Below are positions 14,592-17,601 of a DNA stretch of 17,601 nt, in pieces. Below the pieces are notes generated by a model that was given only the letters and a program-made list of their open reading frames with translations, was not told the origin of the DNA and made no database searches. The stretch comes from Candidatus Brocadiia bacterium (GTDB lineage Bacteria > Planctomycetota > Brocadiia > CAIUPP01): positions 1 through 17,601 of the forward strand of contig JBEKCB010000053.1 of the NCBI GenBank assembly GCA_050015075.1, given 5' to 3'. How positions within the stretch are numbered: the first letter of the stretch is position 1; each line of letters opens with the position of its first letter. Both the position numbers and the translations under genes were made by a program.

Positions 14592-17500
14592 CTAGCGAAC
14601 GCTGTCGGACGGCTTGTCCATTAACGGGCTGGCGGGTCGCTGCGCCGGCGGGTCAACGATCCAGCGCGCGAGATTTCCATAGAGCGGGTCCTGCCGCATG
14701 GCCGCGAGGCCGCTGCGCAGTTCGGCGCGTTCAGGGCCGCTGAGCTGACGCAAGAGGCCGCTTTCCGGGTCAAGCCTCAAGCCGCCGCAGTACTCCCCTG
14801 CGGCAATGAGAGCCGTCGCGTCAGCCGACGGACTGAATTCGGCAAAGGGCCACACGCGTGCGGTCTTGTCCATGGACGCTGTCACCACACGGCGTCCATC
14901 CGGACTGAACTGGGCGGAAGCCACGACGTCCTCATGTCGCATGGGATCGCTCACCGGTTTGCCTGTGGAGGCGTCCCAGATGCGCGCGGTCTTGTCCCAC
15001 GACGCCGTGACCACCCAGCGTCCATCGGGGCTGAAGCGGGCGGATGAGACCGTCGCCTCATGCCGCATCGGCTCGCCCACAGGTTTGCCCGTGCCCGCTT
15101 CCCAGACGCGCGCGGTCTTGTCATACGACGCGGTGACCACCCGCAGCCCATCCGGACTGAACTGCGCGGACGTGACCTCCGCCTCATGCCGCATCGGGTC
15201 GCCCACCGGCTTGCCCGTGGCCGCCTCCCAGACGCGCGCGGTCTTGTCATGCGACGCCGTGACCACCCAACGCCCGTCCGGACTGAACTGCGCAGACGCG
15301 ACCTCGGCCTCATGTCGCATCGGCTCGCAGACCGATTTCCCCGTCGCCGCCTCCCAGACACGCGCCGTCTTGTCCCACGACGCCGTGACCACCCAGCGCC
15401 CGTCCGGACTGAACTGCGCAGACGCGACCTCCGCCTCATGCCGCATCGGCTCGCAAACCGGCTTCCCCGTCGCCGCCTCCCAGACGCGCGCGGTCTTGTC
15501 CCACGACGCCGTGGCCACCCAGCGCCCGTCCGGACTGAACCGCGCGGACGAGACCATCCCGCCATGCCGCATCGGCTCGCCCACCGGCTTGCCGGTGCCC
15601 GCCTCCCAGACGCGCGCGGTCCCGTCCAGCGACGCTGTCACCACCCAGCGCCCATCCGGGCTGAACTGCGCAGATTCCACAAAGTTTCCATGCCCCATGG
15701 GTTCGCCCACCGGTTCGCACGTGGCCGTTTCCCAAATGCGCGCCGTCCTGTCATGCGACGCCGTGACCACCCACCGCCCGTCCGGACTGAACTGCGCGGA
15801 CCGGACCGCCTCGCCATGCCGCATCGGCTCGCCCATCGGTCTGCCCGTGGCCGCTTCCCAAACGCGCATGGCCCTGTCATTCGACACCGTGACCACCCAC
15901 CGCCCGTCCGGACTGAACTGCGCGGACCGGACCGTCTCATCATGCCGCATGAGCTCGCCCACCGGTTTGCCGGTGGCCGCCTCCCAGAGGCGCGCCGTCT
16001 TGTCATACGATGCCGTGACCACCCAAAGCCCGTCGGGGCTGAACTGGGCGGACGAGACTTCCGCCTCATGCCGCATGGGCCCGCCCACCGGTTTGCCCGT
16101 GGCCGCTTCCCAGACGCGCGCGGTCTTGTCATGCGAGGCCGTGACCACCCACCGCCCGTCCGGACTGAACTGGGCCGATGAGACTTTCGCCTCATGCCGC
16201 ATCGGCTCGCCCACCGGTCCGCCCGTGGCTGCCTCCCAGACGCGCGCGGTCTTGTCGTCCGATGCCGTGACCACCCGCCGCCCGTCGGGACTGAACTGAG
16301 CGGACGAGACCTGCGCCTCGTGCCGCATGGGCTCGCAAACCGGTTTCCCCGTCGCCGCCTCCCAGACGCGTGCAGTCTTGTCCCAGGACGCCGTGACCAC
16401 CCAGCGGCCATCGGGACTGAACTGTGCGGACGAGACTCGCTCTCCATGGCGCATCGGCTCGCCCACCGGTTTGCCCGTGGCCGCCTCCCAGACGCGCGCG
16501 GTCCTGTCATCCGACGCCGTGACCACCCACCGTCCGTCGGGACTGAACTGCGCGGACGAGAGCGTCTCTTCATGTCGCATCGGCTCGCTCACCGGTTTGC
16601 CCGTGGCAGCCTCCCAGACGCGCGCGGTCTTATCCCAGGACGCCGTCACCACCCACCGCCCGTCCGGGCTGAACTGCGCGGACTTTACATCGTCTCCATG
16701 CCGCAACGGCTCGCCCACCGATTCGCCCGTAGCGGTCTCCCAGACGCGCGCGGTCCTGTCCCAGGACGCCGTCACCACCCGCTGCCCATCGGGACTGAAC
16801 TGGGTGGAATAGACCTGGCCCGTAAGCCACAGGAGCGCATGCCAACGCCGCTGCGCCGCCAGGGTGAACATCCTGGCCTGAGACGGCGTGTGCCCGGAGT
16901 CCAGTCTCAGTGCCCGCCCCAAATATGCCAGCGCCTGATCGGGACGCCCCTGCTCGACCTTCTCGCCGGCAATGAGGAAATCGGACTGAACGGCGTTCTT
17001 GCGGATCGTCCTTTCCTTGGCTTCCGTCTTTGCCTGTTCGGCTTTGATCCGGTGGACGTAGAAGACGGTGCCCGCAACGGCCAGTATCAGAAAGCACGCC
17101 ACCAGGTTGGAGACCGTTCGATTCCGCCGGTACGCCAGTCTCGCGCGCCGCATCGCCGACGGCCGCTTGTGCTCGATCGGCTCATCCGCCAGGAAGTGCC
17201 GCACGTCGCGCTCCACCTCGGCGGCCGTGTGGTACCGGTCCGACAGCTCCGGCTCCAGTCCTCCCAGCAGGATCGTCTCCACTTCCCACGGCAGTCCTTT
17301 GACCTGCTTCCTCGGCGCCTCCGGCATCCGCCCCGCCAGCTTCTGCGTACGCACCGTCTCCGCGCTCTCCCGGTCGTGATGGTACAGCCGCGTCCCCGTG
17401 CATAGCTCGTAGAACGTCGCGCACAGGGAGTAGATGTCCGTCCCAGGCCCCACTTCCGCCTCCGCGTCCGCCGCGCGGATCTGCTCCGGCGACATGTACG

Positions 17501-17600
17501 CCGGCGTCCCGAACATCTTCCCCGTCGTCGTCTGGATCGTCCGCTCCTCCGACTGCGTCCGCGCGATCCCGAAGTCCATCAGCTTGATCGCTCCCTCGCT
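14592..17600 (-). CDS. Ser/Thr protein kinase with TM, TPR-like helix pair and WD40 repeats (5'-truncated by the window)
   Basis: The frame is open at the edge (SEGAIKLMDFGIAR), so the ORF-track Met is the residue before DFG. GTPAYMSPEQ, DIYSL, RY; TM LVACFLILAVAGTVFYV; QALAYLGRALRLD; 16 WD40 units. Confidence 0.95.
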   Translation of the reverse strand, partial: SEGAIKLMDFGIARTQSEERTIQTTTGKMFGTPAYMSPEQIRAADAEAEVGPGTDIYSLCATFYELCTGTRLYHHDRESAETVRTQKLAGRMPEAPRKQVKGLPWEVETILLGGLEPELSDRYHTAAEVERDVRHFLADEPIEHKRPSAMRRARLAYRRNRTVSNLVACFLILAVAGTVFYVHRIKAEQAKTEAKERTIRKNAVQSDFLIAGEKVEQGRPDQALAYLGRALRLDSGHTPSQARMFTLAAQRRWHALLWLTGQVYSTQFSPDGQRVVTASWDRTARVWETATGESVGEPLRHGDDVKSAQFSPDGRWVVTASWDKTARVWEAATGKPVSEPMRHEETLSSAQFSPDGRWVVTASDDRTARVWEAATGKPVGEPMRHGERVSSAQFSPDGRWVVTASWDKTARVWEAATGKPVCEPMRHEAQVSSAQFSPDGRRVVTASDDKTARVWEAATGGPVGEPMRHEAKVSSAQFSPDGRWVVTASHDKTARVWEAATGKPVGGPMRHEAEVSSAQFSPDGLWVVTASYDKTARLWEAATGKPVGELMRHDETVRSAQFSPDGRWVVTVSNDRAMRVWEAATGRPMGEPMRHGEAVRSAQFSPDGRWVVTASHDRTARIWETATCEPVGEPMGHGNFVESAQFSPDGRWVVTASLDGTARVWEAGTGKPVGEPMRHGGMVSSARFSPDGRWVATASWDKTARVWEAATGKPVCEPMRHEAEVASAQFSPDGRWVVTASWDKTARVWEAATGKSVCEPMRHEAEVASAQFSPDGRWVVTASHDKTARVWEAATGKPVGDPMRHEAEVTSAQFSPDGLRVVTASYDKTARVWEAGTGKPVGEPMRHEATVSSARFSPDGRWVVTASWDKTARIWDASTGKPVSDPMRHEDVVASAQFSPDGRRVVTASMDKTARVWPFAEFSPSADATALIAAGEYCGGLRLDPESGLLRQLSGPERAELRSGLAAMRQDPLYGNLARWIVDPPAQRPASPLMDKPSDSVR
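14850..16830 (-). repeat. 16 tandem 126-bp (42-aa) WD40 repeats with high internal identity
   Basis: Consensus RHxxxVxSAQFSPDGRWVVTASxDKTARVWEAATGKPVGEPM; 15241-15366 vs 15367-15492 differ at about 11/126 nt by manual count. Confidence 0.95.
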
Positions 17601-17601
17601 C

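Noticed and set aside
14850-16830. Diversity-generating retroelement acting on the WD40 repeats
   Set aside because: No reverse transcriptase or non-coding template repeat in the window, and differences are not adenine-restricted.
14806-17405. Repetitive antisense ORFs over the WD40 array
   Set aside because: A stop-free frame in one 126-bp unit is propagated by the tandem repeat; no independent coding evidence.
17577-17579. ATG 17579 as the kinase start
   Set aside because: It is the Met before the DFG motif; the N-lobe and catalytic loop must lie beyond the window.

Overview
GC-rich bacterial chromosomal window. The kinase-TM-WD40 protein and the repeat families suggest Planctomycetota/PVC, but this is an inference. 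Gene order: MoxR AAA+ ATPase, DUF58 protein and membrane transglutaminase-like protein (a known triad); URO-D-like TIM barrel; a minus-strand pair (GNAT-like hypothetical, membrane-anchored C39 peptidase); a ferritin-like, HhH-GPD glycosylase and stand-alone PqqD/RRE-like operon; a membrane hypothetical; an ankyrin protein; a double zinc-ribbon (zf-TFIIB) protein; an HtpX-like M48 protease with C-terminal zinc ribbons; a probably sigma54-driven small ORF followed by an apparently chimeric basic protein; and the 3' part of a Ser/Thr kinase with 16 near-identical WD40 repeats. The most unusual signals are: (i) four distinct families of short palindromic elements, including two perfect hairpins with fully compensatory differences and heptamer-repeat hairpins translated in frame into protein N-termini; (ii) a WD40 array with variation focused on a few positions and a 7-unit higher-order pattern; (iii) a sigma54 promoter with phased upstream sites; (iv) an E->Q change at the third zinc ligand of the M48 protease. 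No rRNA, tRNA, CRISPR array, transposase or reverse transcriptase was seen. All product calls come from motif recognition, not database searches.
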